Shown: positions 1 to 13,829, counted from the stretch's first letter. The stretch is DNA of 64,000 nt from Epiperipatus broadwayi (GCA_028023455.1 JAQFVV010000006.1:7750001-7814000), one strand, 5' to 3'. Made by a program: numbers and translations. Notes: a model not told the origin generated them from the sequence alone.

Positions 1-87
1 GTCAGCGCAGCCGCCTTGCAAGCAGTTGCTTCCAGATAGTTGTCGCGGGTTCGCTTCCCAACCGATGCTTTGACATAGGAAAAAAAA
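1..87 (+). mobile_element. tRNA-Gly-derived SINE, 5'-truncated by the window edge (TGC-loop subfamily)
   Basis: Homologous to the 5788 copy: anticodon arm gccgc-CTTGCAA-gcagt, expanded variable region, B-box-like GGTTCGCTTCCC, 3' TTGAC-ATAGG and A-tail. Confidence 0.85.
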
Positions 88-3000
88 GTTTTAATAACTT
101 GTGTTTCTATGTAAAAAGAATTTTATACAACTTGATAAACTGTTTAAATGGTTGCCAGTAACAATTTTAAATAAAAAAGTTAAATAAGAATTACTGAATA
201 TTTCAGATCCTATGGCATGTTTAGTTATTAAATATTGATCTTATTGACTTCATGATGTTTGCTTCTGTTTTAATAGCTTATTAACATCTACAAAACAATC
301 AAGATTCATAAATTTGTGAAAGAATAATTTGCAATCATTACCTTTTTTGAGTGGTAAATATCAAATTTCAAGGAAGATTTTATGTGACATTTAATACTTG
401 TTATATAGGAGAAAACATGATTCAAACTCATTAAATAATTCATCTACTTATCAAACATCTATAGAACTATCAGCTATCCCCAATATCTTCATGAATTTTA
501 TTTTATTTTTTCTTTTCTTACTATGTTTCAATAATTCTATGTTTTAAAAAAAAGTATTCTCCTTTTTTTTTTTGTCTTCTATCTATCTTTAAACTTAAAT
601 AAACAAAATGTTTCAAAAAAAGCAAGAAGAGCCAATGGAAAAGAGCGAAGGATAATGAATATTAATTATATATCATATTTTAGATGCCTTAAATTTAATT
701 ATATTTGTATTTTATCTAGAGTTAGTCAGTTTATGTTTAATAAAGAATTATGAAATTAACAAAAAAAATGGTTTTCAAATGTGCGCTTGTATATATAAAT
801 GTTTTTTTAATTAATTAAAGTAGTAATGAACGTTTAATTTAAATAAAACTTTCTTAAAGTGATTATTATTATCAAAATCTTGAAAGTTAATTAAAATGTA
901 AGAAAGTTAAGATTTCACTTATTCTATGTTACATCTGGAAATATTATATCTGTCAAAACTTTAGTTAGCACAAATTTAAATAGATGTTTAATAAATTTTT
1001 ATATTGATTTAGCATTGTTTGAGAATATGGCTCTTTTGTATTAGACCTCTGCTGTGAAATATCTAACTTTGCAATCTACCTGCATGAGATCTTTGAACAA
1101 ACTTAATCCATTTTCTTTACTCCAAAATCAAAATAATGAGCAATCACTGGGGCAGACTGAACTTTTTGATGTCCTTCAAAATGGAAATGAAATGGTCAGG
1201 TTTTTTTTTTTTGTACATTCTCCTCCACATAAATTCAGCCAATGCAGATGTGCAGTTCCTCATTGTTTTTTATTCCATCATTTGACCGCACCACAGAGTC
1301 TTTCAATATTCTATGTGTGAATAATAATTTGTGAATCTATAAAGTTCTAACTGTGGTTGATCCAGAAAAAAAAAGTCCAATATATTTTACACGACTACAA
1401 AATTAGAATAATTATTGCTGAACAAGTACAACTATGATATTTTATAGCAGTGTAATAATACCAAAGTACCAAAAATACTTATTGAAACTTAATAAAACAT
1501 TATATTGAGTAGTTCAATGTCAAAAGATCTACACTTTGAGATGGAAGTGCTGTTGGGAGAGATTACTATGGGGAAAAAACGATTTCTCAAGCATGTGATT
1601 AAGGTCTTGGTAGGACTGAATTCAAAATACTGCTAACTTATTAAATATTAAAATGTTTTAGAAATAAAATGATATAGATTTTGAATACTATTAATATTTA
1701 CTGCATTCCTATATTTTTAAAAGAATTTATTTTAAGCAAGGTGAATTTGCTGAAAATGCTTGTTTTAATATATCTCAGGCTTTTTGATATTAAGATAAAG
1801 CCATAGTTAAAAAATATGGTCTGTGACAAATGGTTTGTTTATTTTAATATTCTTGGTAGCCATAAATCCCAGTATGTATTATAACATGATGTTTTTTATT
1901 ACATAACTGTATGCTAGTTTAATATGCGCATACATTTTTGCTCTGACATAATATACATACTCATCTATATTTACACTCAAACACATACTTTAGTTTAGTA
2001 AAATGATAATTAAAATTCTTAGCGTAACATTTTTGGCAACTTACATATTAGTCTGGCGATGAGATTTCACCTAAGTATTAGTCCGGCAATAACTTTCTAA
2101 CTTTGTAATCTTGTAAAATAACATCTGCACGGAATCTCCTGACAAACATAATCCATCAACTTTGATAAATGACGACAAGAACTTTATTTAATACAAAGTG
2201 GTGACCAATAAGTTTATTTAGTGGAAATAAACAAACATGTATTTATGTTTTGAATCGAATCAATATTATTTGCAAAAATGACAAGAATTAACTTTATTCC
2301 ATACATAGTGGTGACCTATAACTTTATTTACTGGAAATAAAGAAACACCTATTTGTGTTTGGTTTCTTCGTTTGCAAGACATGATGTTGCAACAACTAAA
2401 CTTTTAGCAATATACATTTAATCCAATTTAAAAAAAAGGGGAAATGATGTTTTTTCTTAGAATCCTGGGGTGGATTGAAGTATTTTTTAATGTCCTGCAA
2501 AATGCAAATGAAAGCATAGCTATGACTTATACGAAAATGTTTGTATCCGGCAACTGACAAGTCATCACTTTTGTAGGATTTTGTCATTTTCTCAGGACAA
2601 CATGCTACACATACAAACTTCTCACTGATAGTTAATGTATGACTGTCTTAAAAGTAATAGATGACTGTATCATTCTTGGTAGCAAGCACTCCCCAAATTT
2701 TAATCATTTCGTTGGATTAAAAAAAACCTGTTCAAAAAATTGATTCAGCAGGAATTAAATCTGGATAGTAAAACACAGGTGCTTCTTATTTTCACCAGAT
2801 GATCAAATAGTCATCCCGGAATTTTCTGAAGACATCGCAATAGCGTGCTTAAAATTGTAAAATTCGTTGTGAAACCAACATTTTGACTAAAAACATTTTC
2901 CTGCTCAGAATATTATCCAATGTTCACTTTAAAAATTCATTCATTTCCTTTTTATGAATATTGTAAATGTGTTTAATTTGGTCTTTGTATATACATTTGT

Positions 3001-3316
3001 TTGTGATGGCGACTTTCATCACTACTGTGCCAATACATAGGTACCATATTTTTTTTGCATGTTTGGAAAGATATAAATTTTGGAGTGAACATTAAAATGA
3101 AAGTATATATTTTTTTATTTTACAAAAATTACTTGATCATTTTTTTGTTCAAGGTGTTTGATAAATTAAACTAAGTTTTTAAAATTTTTTGTAAATCCGA
3201 AATGTGCATTCTGTATGAAGTAACGAACATTCTTTTTATTTATTCTGAGTTTGATTTCATATTTTTGTTACCATCTTATTAATAAATTGTGTTTTTATAT
3301 CTGATTGTTTTGTTTG

Positions 3317-3500
3317 CATCATCATCATCATCAACCATTATCAATACACTGCAGGATGAAGGTCTCTCCAAGTTCAATCCATCTTTTCCTATCTTTAGCT
3401 TCTCTTCTCCACATCACCCCTGCACACTTTCTTATTTCATCCATCCATCTCACATGTGGTCTCTTTCTGGGTCTTCTACAATCTCTTTGCATATGTTTAC
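3317..3500 (-). mobile_element. RTE-clade LINE 3' end fragment
   Basis: Minus strand translates RPHVRWMDEIRKCAGVMWRREAKDRKRWIELGETFILQCIDNG*, followed by a (GAT)n tail. This is the typical RTE ORF C-terminus; the same family occurs at 43768, 47495 and 61690. Confidence 0.9.
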
Positions 3501-5787
3501 TTTAATAACTATGCCCCACAATCCTGAATTGCTTCTTTTAATGATGATGAATAAAAATGTATAGTAATGTCATCTTATAATAATTAACTCAAGCTCTGGT
3601 ATCTTTATCTATGTTCATAAGCTGTAAATAAATATAATGAAAATCCTTGATAACATGTAATTATATTTTATGATATATTATTAAGCTGTTCTTGAAAGCA
3701 GCACCAGCCGAGAAAAAGCAGGGCCCAGTGCGATGTTTAATGTTTTCATGTGATGGTGGAGGTGGGGGGGATCTCATTTACATATATTTCAAAACCTTAG
3801 ACATTTCACAAATATATTATGTATTTGCAGATATAGATATGTTGTTTTATAATTAGTATAAATCAAGTCTAAAACATTCTAGAAAATAAAATATAATTTT
3901 TAGCATTATATATATTTTAATTTGTTTACTCAAATATTGATTCAATACAATTATACAAATTGGTACTCATATAAATAATTAGTTATTTATTAATTGCATT
4001 TCCCATTAACATGAATAGAACAATGCAAAACGTTTAAGTATAAATACATTGTATGTAGCTGGAAAATCTGCACCACTAAACAACTAGTGTCTTACTTCAG
4101 ATGTTATAGTCATTGCAGGTCCTATAAATTACCAAGTTTTGATAATAATAAAAAAAAAAAAAAGGGGGGGGGAGATAATTATATTTAGCAAATAATAAGC
4201 TGTTTTGATTCATTTAATTTTTGCAAAAACCATAAATCGGGGCCTTGTGCCATCATAACGTTTACACCCCCTCAGGCCAGATCAGCTTAAGTAAAGCAGT
4301 TATTTTGAGATTTCTCAATTTGACATTGTGTTAATAAACAAAGATTCATTTATATATTTACAAGCTAGGTTTAAAATAATTAATTACTTATGACAATGCT
4401 TTTTAGTATGAGAGTGGTTGAGATGTAATAAAATCCCTTTCACTTCTCAACCGAGTGTGACAACACTTTTCTTAGTATATTTTAAAATATATAAATGTAT
4501 TTCTCTATATTACAAATTTAAAAAAATCTTCATCATCCATTATGCCATAATAAATTTAGTGAGCCAAGGGAAGATATATTTGTTTTGGTTATATTAATAG
4601 ATTCATTTTAATGTAAGCATTTAAAAAGATCACAAGCCAAATAACATAGAAGTTAGCAAACCCACTCTGAATGAATATTCTCAGCCAATCATGCCTATAT
4701 CAAATGAACTTTGTCATTTTTAAAGTCGCATACTTGTTTTGCATTTAACTCTTCCATAGCCAACCCAACTATCTACCCAATATCCAATAGTGGTCAGAAA
4801 ATGGGAATCTAGATATTTCTATCTAGAAAATGCAAATTTCAGGTTACTAGGGATTAATAAGTTGGATGTCAATACATTGATAGTAAAAACAATAAGAACA
4901 AAAAAAATGAATACAGTATAGTAGAATACTTTCAGTTAGTGATGGGGCAAGAGCTATGTTCCTATTGTATTGACCAGTACATTTTATTCAAATATATACT
5001 TATGTGCTAGTGCTTGTCTGAAAGTTTGTGATGACAGTTCTTTAGTTGTAATTATATGTTGGAACTATTTTCATCATCTAATATTAACTGCTAAATGTAT
5101 AAAACAATTGAAACTTTTTCAATATACTATTAGTAATAGTCGCGCAGCATTTTGAGATTCTCTTCTCTTCTTCAATTGTTTCCGATCTGACCAGTATTAG
5201 TACTAGCATCGGAATCGAATGTGGATTTTTAAATTCACGGATATTGAATTTAAGGTGACATTCTAGTTCATTAGAATATTTTGTCAAAGACAGCAATTAG
5301 TAGAAAATTTTGTATAATTTACCTATGAGAGTTCTCAAACCTGAAACCCATTAGATTAATGAATATTGAATTTAAGGTGATTTTTTAACCAGAAAGATTT
5401 CAAAGGCCGCAATCAGTAGAGATTTCAGAGAATCTTTCGTCATAGGTAAGAAATTTCTACTGATTATTGTCTCTGACAGAATAATCTAATTGGTTAGAGT
5501 ATCTATCTTCACCAATCTACTGGCCCGAGTTCGATTCCCAGGCTAAAACAATAATTAATCAAGCCAGTAACACTTAAAAAAAAAAAAACACATTCGAAAC
5601 ATTGCGTTATATATTAATCTGTGCGCAATTTACTAACAGTTGAATATAATTGAAAAGTTAAAATAAAATTTGCGAATTTTTCTAAAGATATTTAACAATA
5701 AATATTAAATGATGGAAATAATCCAACATACAACTACTAAATATAATGCAATTTCTCTAAAATAAAATCTAAACATTAACTATTATA

Positions 5788-5884
5788 GTCAAGCGTTGGT
5801 GGACTAGTAGTTAGCATACCTGCCTTCCAAGCAGCTGGCCCGGATTCGCTTCCCGGTCAACGCATTTGACATATGAAAAAAAAA
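5788..5884 (+). mobile_element. tRNA-Gly(TCC)-derived SINE / retroposed pre-tRNA with 15-bp TSD
   Basis: Order is GTCAA, 72-nt tRNA body, TTTGAC-ATATG, A9. Flanked by the direct repeat ACATTAACTATTATA (5773-5787, 5886-5900). Confidence 0.9.
5793..5864 (+). pseudogene. tRNA-Gly(TCC) pseudogene (body of the SINE)
   Basis: Acceptor stem GCGTTGG/TCAACGC, anticodon loop CTTCCAA (TCC at 5826-5828), T-loop TTCGCTT instead of TTCGATT. Mismatches in the T-stem and anticodon stem argue against a functional tRNA. Confidence 0.8.
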
Positions 5885-7228
5885 CACATTAACTATTATA
5901 TAGTGGTCAACACCTTACTGTTAGAGGGCTTAAGTCGCTCGATACAAATGAGATTACGTATTTATTATATATATTTTTATAAAAACAAAAAGAATCATAA
6001 TGACTTTTGCGTCTAAACTTAATTTCTTATCCAGATGTTCCTAATATCTGACACAGAAACAGCTTAATGTCTTCTGAAAAATATTAGAATTATAAGCTGA
6101 GACTGACATGTGGCGCCACCACCGACTCTATCCTTCCCTTTAAAAAAAAAAAAAAAAAACTACCATTAGTGTTCCAAAGCTTGATTTTTTTCAACAATCA
6201 GAACTCAGCATTCCATTTCCTAATCGTATTAACATAGCACGGACGACAATATATTGTTGTCTCAATGGTGTGCTGAAAAGGTGACAGGATAGGAGAAATA
6301 TAGACAATAATATGAGGTAATAAGGGAACAGTAGAAACAAAAATTAAAATATTTTTTCTGTATAACGCAAACTACGACCATTAACGAACAAATGTTTCCG
6401 GTTGGTTGTTCTGCAGAATTCGTTGCATAGTCTTCTTGACTACCTTCGGAATGAAATCTTAACACATATATATATATATATTTTAAAAATACTTTATTTA
6501 TTAATAATTTAACAGAAGATGCCGTGCTTGGAGGTTTTCCTGCCAAAACGAAAGCTGGGGAAGTTCTTACAAATAGTAAATAGGCAAGAAAAGTGGTTGC
6601 CGATTTAATAAACAATTAGTAAGTTAAGAAAAAAAAATTGGAGAGTATATGTAAGAGTTTAATATTTGCTGGAATAAAAATGAAATTAAATACGTTGTCT
6701 AAGAGGACTTAAATTCTTGTATAGTAAATAGCGAATTAATAATTTATATTCTTGCAAAATAAATAATAAATGAATAATTTTAACACGGAAAATAACAAAT
6801 GCTAACAATCATTTTCTGCAAGTTTACTTTTTTAAAAAATAACAAAAGCAAACGGTGGTACCAAAAATAGTTGGAGCTCTTGGAGGTATCCCACATGTGG
6901 ACTCAAATAATATTTGTAAACTTTCAGAAGTGGGTGTGAAATAGTTGCAGAAATCTAAACCGCTTGTCATTTCGTATACTTTACGACGACATCGATGATC
7001 TTTAGTTAAAACATCATATAAAAAGAGTAAAAATTAATCAATATTATTGACTTGTTGAGAGACAATTTGAAAACAGATATCCAGTTTTAACTTTTATAAA
7101 AGAAATTATATACAGATAAGATCCATTGACTAAATTACTAAGCGGAAATAAGTTTAATAATATTTAAAAAAACACACACACAATTGTATATATGTTAAAT
7201 TTAATGTATTAGTCAATAACAATATTTT

Positions 7229-7343
7229 GTCAAGCGTTGTTAGCCGAGCGGTCATCGCAACCGTCTTGCAAGCAAGTAGTTGGTTGCAGACGGTTGTGGG
7301 TTCGCCTCCCGGCCGATGCTATGACATATGGAAAGAAAAAAAA
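7229..7343 (+). mobile_element. tRNA-Gly-derived SINE (TGC-loop subfamily)
   Basis: GTCAAGCGTTG start, CTTGCAA loop at 7265-7271, about 15-nt variable-region insert, ATGAC-ATATG and A-tail. 11-bp TSD with one mismatch (AACAATATTTT 7218-7228, AACAATATGTT 7342-7352). Confidence 0.88.
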
Positions 7344-7729
7344 CAATATGTTGGATACTGAGCCCGGGTTACCAATTGTCTCCACAAGTGGCGTATTATC
7401 GAATGATCTTCAGATCTGAGAGTCGATTGTAAATAACAAATAAACAGTGCCTGGTCAAAAATAATTCCGGATATTTTTTAAGATAGAACGCTAGTCTACC
7501 AAAAACTCTGTACTATTTCTGGTGCAAGGTTTTCTCCACCTCTCTTTCGTATTGTCTTTAGTCACTTAAGTTAGTGTAGGGCCGAGTCATCCTGATCTTC
7601 TTACCTGGTCACCAGTATTGATTATCAACTTGAAAATGTAAACCAATTTAAATATCTTAATAGTTTTTGAAATAGCTGTAAAGAGTTTTTATTTTACTTA
7701 ATTTATTCATTAGAACCAGTACAACACTT

Positions 7730-7800
7730 ATTCAATCTCAATATCAATAACAGTCAACAATCTCAATCAGTTCTCAAGGCAACCTCCTTTTAATAATAAA
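7730..7800. repeat. Dispersed unclassified repeat (second copy at about 48105-48190)
   Basis: caatatcaataaca...caacaat...tcaaggcaa.ctc.tttta is shared between the two loci. Confidence 0.6.
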
Positions 7801-7984
7801 CGTGGAAGGTCACCTTTATTTACGGTCCAATCTATTTATATAGACATTAAAGATTGCAACTTGATCACAGAGACATTTACAAATAAGTTTAAATCAACCA
7901 GATAAATATAGTTTGTTCTAAATGAAAACTAATAAATAGTTGGTTATAACATTCAAACTGCAATGATAGTTTTCAAATTACCCC

Positions 7985-8070
7985 AAGCTTTGGTTAAACA
8001 CCTGTAGAGGTCCCTACTATCGCATTTTACACGCATATTCTCGAGGTTATAGCCTCAGTAAATATTACTT
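7985..8070 (+). mobile_element. Partial copy of family C/F (3' part)
   Basis: aagctttggttaa..cctgtagaggtccctac...gcattt...gagg.ttat.gcct.agtaaatatt matches 12646-12730 and 40457-40525. Confidence 0.7.
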
Positions 8071-8568
8071 AAACAATAAGTGTTAATAATGTTCAATGCT
8101 AAATGTATTGCATGTATGTGAGACTTGGATACTTTGTTGAAGTAAAGCCCTCAAAAAACGTTTCATTTAAAGCTATTATCTAAAATTGTCTGAACATAAT
8201 GACGTCACAAAACTAATTATATTCAAAAACTTACTAAACTAAATAGTAATGTACATTAAGGCTATAATCTTAAAACATGACAGTTGGGACCTCTAAAAAT
8301 CTTAACAAAATTGATCTAAAAGACAAGATTTATTTAAAAGGACGAGAGCGATAAAACTTCCTAAAAGAATACTTTATGGTTAATTTGAATATGGTTTTCA
8401 TGGGAGAAATGAATTTTATTTACGTTACAAAGATTATCACTAAGATAATTTAAAGAAATACAATGTTTATGATTTCCATTGATAAGATATAGTAGAGAAA
8501 AGACGTTGGAATGCTATAATTAATGCAAAAAAATAAATAAAAATAATAATAAAAGGGTATATATAAAT

Positions 8569-8680
8569 GCATTTGGGGCTTACAAATTGGTTTGTTTAGT
8601 CATCACAAAATTCACTGAACCACAGCATTTGGGGCTTACAAATTGGTTTGTTTAGTCATCACAAAATTCACTGAACCACA
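8569..8680. repeat. Perfect 56-bp tandem duplication
   Basis: 8569-8624 is identical to 8625-8680. Confidence 0.95.
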
Positions 8681-9099
8681 ATAATAGCAATAGAAGTAGT
8701 AGTAACAATAGTGATTAACAGTAGTAGCAGTAGTAATATTAAGTTATAGTCATCATACTGTCTGTCTTTTTCTCTTGGGTGTGAAATGATCATACTCATT
8801 TGTGAGGGTCTATTAATAAAAAATAATTACATATAAATTTACCTTATCTGTAGTATTTTTATGATATTAAAATATATATGTTTTGTGGAAGCCAAAAAAG
8901 TTTTGGATACAATAGAAAAATCTATTGAAGAAACTTTTGGACTTGGGATTACTTTTGCTTCTGGTACAAATCATCCTACACTATAAATGCTAATTTTGTG
9001 AAAATCAAACTAGACTTACTTCACCAACAAAATTTAATACGCTGGCAGGTGTTTTTGCTCCATTCTTTACAACACTTGTAATAAGATTATCATGAAAAT

Positions 9100-9575
9100 G
9101 TCCTTGGCATTGATATAGTGGGGAAATGGCAGGGATGAGATACAATTTTAGATATAATAATAAATCTTGATTTTGGGCATTGATAAGAAGTTGATGAATA
9201 TCATGAAACAATTATCAGAAAAAAAGCTTGAAGTGAATACTTTGAAAACCAAAATCCTAATTAGTTTACAAAAATTGGCACATATTTCAAAGTGGTTAAT
9301 AAATTGGAATGCCTAGATTGTACCACTGTCAATAACAGACAATGTAATTGTGAAATTTGTAAAATTAAGATAACAGCAACAATAAAGAATCTAAAATATG
9401 GAAAGATAGAAACATTTTGAAAGCCAGTAAACTAAAATTGATCGTTTGGCTTATTTTTCTTACTGTCACTTGAGATATGAAAACATGGACATTCAAAAGA
9501 ATTTGACCAAAAAAAAGTGAACACACTTGAAATATGCTGCTATAGAGCAGAATTATCTGAAACATGGACTATAGC
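9100..9575 (+). mobile_element. Degenerate RTE-clade LINE reverse transcriptase, C-terminal region
   Basis: Frameshifted translation includes NTLKTKIL, WKDRNILKASKLKL...TVT*DMKTWTFK and DQKKVNTLEICCYR...TWT, resembling the RTE YGxETW...FEMWCYRR region. Confidence 0.75.
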
Positions 9576-11287
9576 CACTATAGAGATTTTGATCTTTTTC
9601 TCAAGTGCCAAAATAAATTAACAATTTGGATTGAATGCCTATTCGATACTTTAATTCTATCACTAACTGATAATGTTACTATTGATATTATTATCTGATA
9701 TTTTTACATCAAGGTATGGCCACAATATTTTTCAAATATATGGTCAAAAAAATAACCTTGACTGTTATGATTCAACATGTATGCTCTGAACCTTCATGCT
9801 AAATGTATGCATGATTAGTGTGCCAATAGTTCTGTATTGTTTTGAATGCATGCCTTGAATAAATAGTTAACCCTTGGATCACTTAAGCATGAATACTCTT
9901 GTTACAGAGACAGCTTCTAATTTCTTATATCATCTGCAAGACTAATGTATCTATTTGGAAGAACTCAAAATCAATAAGAAACTGCTTGTGCTAATAAAGA
10001 TATGGACAATGGCATAATCAGGGCACACAATATACAATTTATATATATATAATCAAAAGGCATTACTGCTCAAGAATTCGTAAGAAATTCAAATACCAGA
10101 TGTTCCCATGGCCTGATCACTCCAAAGACCTTATGCTCCAGAGTCTAATACGCTATTACTATATTAAAACATACAGGTCATAGTTCATATTGAATGACTC
10201 ATAATGACTAAGGTAGTGAAGGGTCTGGCTCACTAATTCATAAATAATGTAATTGGTTTGTTGCTTAATGCTACAATGTCACATGATATTTAAGCGCCAA
10301 AGAAATAAGCTGTGCATATTCAGCGGAAAATTAACTAGGTGCTTTTAGCCCTTAGGTTTGCTACTCTACTACTGGAATAAATTACACGGCTGATAAAAAA
10401 TAAACAAATACGATGAAAGTTATAACAAGAATAAGTGATTACAATAGGGTATTTTATGTTAACAGTTATTCAAAGACCGTTTCGAGCATTTTTTTTACAA
10501 TTTTCTATAACATGAAATGTCTTCCCCCATATTCACACGTTTAGACCTACAAACATTTGCCGATTGTTAAAAATAGACAAAATAGCAGAATTATGTTTTA
10601 ACTAACCATTTATATATATATATATATTTATAAAGGCTTGGCTTTCATGATAATAAATGTGAGGGATAATATAGGATCTGGCTAACTTATACTTAAGAGA
10701 TTGTCTTCACCATTCTTGAGAAGAAAATCAATGCCATTCTTATCCTTCTATATAATGTGGCAAGTGACTGCCCTTGTTCCAGGACCCGATTCTACTATTC
10801 TGCCTACTTTCTGTAACCAATATGGGGCATCATGTGAGAGGATAAATACAAGATTTCATGGATATTTACAGAAATAATCATTAAAAGGAGTTAGTAATAA
10901 AATCCAATAACAAATATTCCAATCCATGTATGCAGATTAACTAACTTATGTAAAGAAAAAAACATCGTATGGTCTTAGCATGCATAATGCTTTTCTTATG
11001 ATTACTCAAACTTACAATAGATGGCAGCATTAAAGAAGAATAAAAGCACTTTGCTCACAATCCATAATTTATAAAAACATTAAATAAAAAATAAATTTGT
11101 TAATTTCATACTCTGCATATTCAGTATGCATTCTGATAGTCATGTGATTGCTATCCTTGATGTTTATTCTATACTGCAATATTCTGTGCAATTATTTATA
11201 CTGATATCATATTATGTACATTATTTTAAAATAATAACTGAAAAGTTTTATTACTTGAAGGTTGTTCATAAGGACTTTGAGGTCCAG

Positions 11288-11488
11288 AAGTGAAGGTTGA
11301 ACTATGATCCATAAACCTTGATCTCCAAAGTCTGGAGGGTTTGTAAAGCCCTTGAGGGCCAAAAATGATGGAACTGGCTGTGATTCGTGGACCTTAATCT
11401 CCAGAGACTTGAGGGTTGGTAAGGCCTTTGAGGGCCAAAAGTGACGGAGCTAACTACGATCCATGGACCTTGAACTCTGGAGTCTGCC
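11288..11488. repeat. Diverged 76-bp tandem repeat, about 2.6 units
   Basis: GAGGGCCAA at 11354 and 11430 (period 76). Units share gatcca.ggacctt.a.ctc; GC-richer than the flanks. Confidence 0.8.
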
Positions 11489-12469
11489 ATATTACCATTG
11501 CATCAAACTATGTCAGCCATTTACAAAATTGGAATTGGTGTCCAAAGGTCACGTGACATTGATGGTCTAGACACAATATTTTCACTCAACTGACCCAGTT
11601 GGAATTTTTTTTAAAAAAAAATTACTTATCCTCCGCTAAACATTAAATAGAAATCTTTAGTTATTGAATCTGCTACTCCACAAATGTGCTGAGTCACTTA
11701 CACATACACATGCCCAAAACTAAATATGAAGTTAGTGATCTATAATTGTTCGTAGATCTCTTTGAGCATTTCTCTCAAGTTATAGTACTGTGATTCCTCC
11801 TTTCCCATCACACGCAAATCGTAGAAAGTCATTGCAATATCAGTTGGAATGTAAATAATCAATCTTCCGTCTCATTGCACATGTTAAACCTGTTAAATTG
11901 TCAATGGCCGCTATCATCCAATATTTCGAATATCTTGGAAAAACAAGAAATCAAATTCAATGCATGTGGAGATATTACTGTATATGCATAAATATGTGTA
12001 TATACTTAAATACAATAGGAAAAAGATAATACAAAATGTTTATCAAAAAAAAAAGGTGAGAAAATCATCAGGTATTCAATTTTTTACTTCAGGGTGTGTT
12101 TTCGGTTTGAGTTAAGACATTCAATGTAATTTAAATGACCTATTACCACTAAGTTAAATTATTTCTACTGAATAAAATGATGGGTGAATACCAAAGAAGG
12201 CTTCTCATTAATTGAGACCATAGAGATGATTTAATCAGATCTGCATTGAAGTGCACTGCCAAACATGACATGTACTGTTTATATTAATACAAGGCCTGCA
12301 TGCTACAATGGATAAGTGGCAGACTTCTAGAGTTCAAGAACTATTGACCATGGTCCAACTCTGTTACCATGCTCACACTTCTCATGAAATCTCAAGCAAG
12401 TACAGCTATTGGATTATAATTACAACTTTTAAATTATCGTAATAGATTTCTAACTATAATATCTTTCCA

Positions 12470-12735
12470 TTGACTCATTGTAAATCGAAAGATTTCATGA
12501 GTATTAATGTATAATAGGAATTGTGGACTTAATCAATGAAGTATTGAATAGCTTCATGCTCTCAGATCCAACTGCTTCAGCTTCACCTATTTATACAGAA
12601 AGTAGGTTAAAGTAAAGAAGGGTTCTCCTCTTTTCTTCCAATGCATAAGCTTGTGGTTAAGACCTGTAGAGTTCCCTACCTTCACATTTTTAACCGCACA
12701 AGCTTTAGATTTATTGCCTTAGTAAATATTACAAG
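12470..12735 (+). mobile_element. Family C/F element with a hammerhead 3' remnant
   Basis: CGAAA-GATT-TC-ATG at 12486-12499 aligns with GTAA-GATT-TC-ATG at 46571. Downstream gcttcatgctctca... is shared with 46635, 17697 and 40370. Confidence 0.7.
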
Positions 12736-12869
12736 TGATTATAAAAACTATTTAAAAAGAAAGGAAGGTCATATTAATTCATTTATATCATTTACTTTTT
12801 AAAACTTTATATAGTTGTATCTATTTAATACATAGTATATGTGGTAAGAACTTCATAGAATCATGATCG

Positions 12870-13025
12870 CAAATCCACCTACTACTCCCAAAAACATAGG
12901 ATCAAACTCAAGCTGCATAAACATGATTTTTTATTCTAGTTCAAATCATGGTTTAAGTTTTGTTCTCAGGACATGAACCATACTCAACCTAGCTAGCAAT
13001 CCAATATTAAATGGATGATTAATAT
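12870..13025. repeat. Dispersed repeat, possibly a SINE (related copies at about 14290-14520 and 14690-14800)
   Basis: Shared blocks ttttt.ttctagtt.caat.atg and tagcaatccaata. The 14340 copy has a reverse B-box-like GGGATCGAACC. Confidence 0.55.
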
Positions 13026-13039
13026 CTAATTATTCATAG

Positions 13040-13755
13040 TTAAAACAGGCAAAACTCACTATATATATATATATTGCCACACACAACAAGCTAGAATAAT
13101 CAATGGATGCCTGAAGGCTTATGCATAAAATCCCCATCTAGTGCCTACTCATCCAATATCCCCAGATTAGTTTATTGGCTTATGGCCTTCACCAGTGAGG
13201 AGCCTTGAATCTGAGAGCACTGCACCTAGATTTTAGGATCTAATGCAACCCTCCAGTAACCACCTTTTATCTCCATTTAACTATAAAACTATAAGTCTTA
13301 AACTGAAAACACCTTAATGCTTTCAATCCAAGCCCATTAGCTTATATAGTCATATGGGTCTGAATCCAGTTCAATACCCATACATTTTGGTGTCTTTGGT
13401 TCTTTAATAACCATAGACACCACTATCCTATTAGGCAGAATTGGTTTTAAGCCAATAAACATCACATGACCACTACCTCTCATGCCTGTGTGTAACTGTT
13501 GTTAAAACAGGTAAAACTCTCTATATATATTGCCACACACAACAAGCTAGAGTAATCAATGGCCATAAGCCAGAAACTAGTCTGGGGATATTGGATGAGT
13601 AGGCAATAAATGGGGATTTTATGTATAAGCCTTCTGGCATCCATTGATTACCCTAGCTTGCTGTGTGTGGCAATATATATATAGTGAGTTTTGCCTGTTT
13701 TAACAACAGTTGTACACAAGCATAATAGGTGGTGGTCATGTGATGTTTATTGGTT
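13040..13755. mobile_element. Family A hammerhead element: antisense tandem (462-bp period) plus sense fold-back, 13-bp TSD
   Basis: TSD TAATTATTCATAG (13027-13039, 13756-13768). The unit start repeats at 13040 and 13502, and the strand switches at GGCC 13561-13564. Mutated HHR on the minus strand (core CTGGTGA 13189-13195); 3' half GAAA-CTAG-TC on the plus strand at 13573-13582. Confidence 0.88.
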
Positions 13756-13829
13756 TAATTATTCATAGCTAATAAAACAATACCAAAAAAGGTATATGAC
13801 TTTATTGCTGGAGAATTCATAAGAAGTTT

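Noticed and set aside
2815-2865. CTGAAGA followed by a small hairpin and GAATTTT/AAAATTC flanks
   Set aside because: No GAAA, the UH register does not fit stem I, and no second copy was seen.
2700-2900. Minus-strand FYYPDLIPAESIF resembling the Tc1/mariner YSPDLNPIE motif
   Set aside because: A single weak motif with no TIRs or other transposase segments.
5405-5465. Small inverted repeat with ATGACGA...GAAA on the minus strand
   Set aside because: C3 is mutated, stem I does not pair and stem III is not palindromic; it cannot be distinguished from chance.
6262-6615. 117-aa minus-strand ORF with a signal-peptide-like start
   Set aside because: Non-ATG start, runs through an (AT)n tract, no recognisable domain and no consistent splice structure.
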